The position numbers and the translations under genes are program-made. A stretch of 62,915 bases of DNA, the filler included, from Atractiella rhizophila (lineage: Eukaryota), in assembly GCA_021432655.1 (NCBI GenBank). It is 3 parts of 3 records of this genome, joined end to end, with 100 filler letters (N's around TTAATTAATTAA, not from the genome) between each part and the next. Parts side by side here need not be neighbours in the genome. Positions count along the whole stretch, not along the records: positions 48,467 to 62,915 come from MU271322.1; 2 more parts are not named here. The stretch is one strand, 5' to 3'. Shown piece after piece: positions 62,665-62,915 of this stretch. The notes beneath the pieces are model-generated. The model was given only the letters and a program-made list of their open reading frames with translations, had not been told where the DNA came from and searched no databases. Within the stretch, counting starts at the first letter, position 1. The number at the start of each line of letters is the position of its first letter.

Positions 62665-62915
62665 TAGGGCTGTTCACCGTCCCGTCCGTCGAATTTTTGA
62701 GCTGAGGCGGGAGCGGGGCGGCTGGACCCGTCACCGTCGCCGTACCGCATTGATCACCAACTTCCTTTGACGCTGACGGAGCGGCTGACGGTTCAAGACG
62801 GGTTGTTGACGGACGGGTCAACGGTGTAGAAGACATGCAATATTATTGTGTTGCTGTAAAATATATCGAAAAACAGAGAACAAAGCTTTGCAACCCAAAA
62901 CCACTCGAGCTCCTA
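62665..62915. mobile_element. Terminus of a related hAT element inserted in the Copia 5' LTR
   Basis: TAGGGCTGTTCACCGTCCCGTCCGTCGA resembles the reverse complement of the 33001 end and is followed by a GACGG/CCGTC array. Confidence 0.8.

Overview
Intron-rich fungal DNA, probably basidiomycete (inferred from short GT-AG introns and gene families). Two 100-bp artificial linkers (N44-TTAATTAATTAA-N44 at 18804 and 48367) split the window into three blocks that may not be adjacent in the genome. Two 25-N gaps border duplicated ~2-kb segments. Block 1 holds two DNA polymerase kappa relics, a secreted protein, a SAM methyltransferase, an SDR (plus a partial second copy) and Egt1. Block 2 holds the YME2 3' end, a small thaumatin-like protein, a kinase-like gene tail-to-tail with a PsiD-like decarboxylase, SFT2, a full-length hAT transposon, a triplicated divergent pair (cytochrome b5-acyl-CoA dehydrogenase plus an unknown membrane protein) interrupted by a LINE, and a PNKP relic. 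Block 3 holds a truncated USP, a patatin-NB-ARC-TPR NLR-like gene, and a Copia element lacking integrase with a hAT inserted in its 5' LTR. The most interesting locus is the NLR: its patatin lacks the catalytic DGG motif and its 11 near-identical 120-bp TPR units vary at a few mostly two-state positions. Gene models were spliced by eye. Many single-base frameshifts may be sequencing errors.
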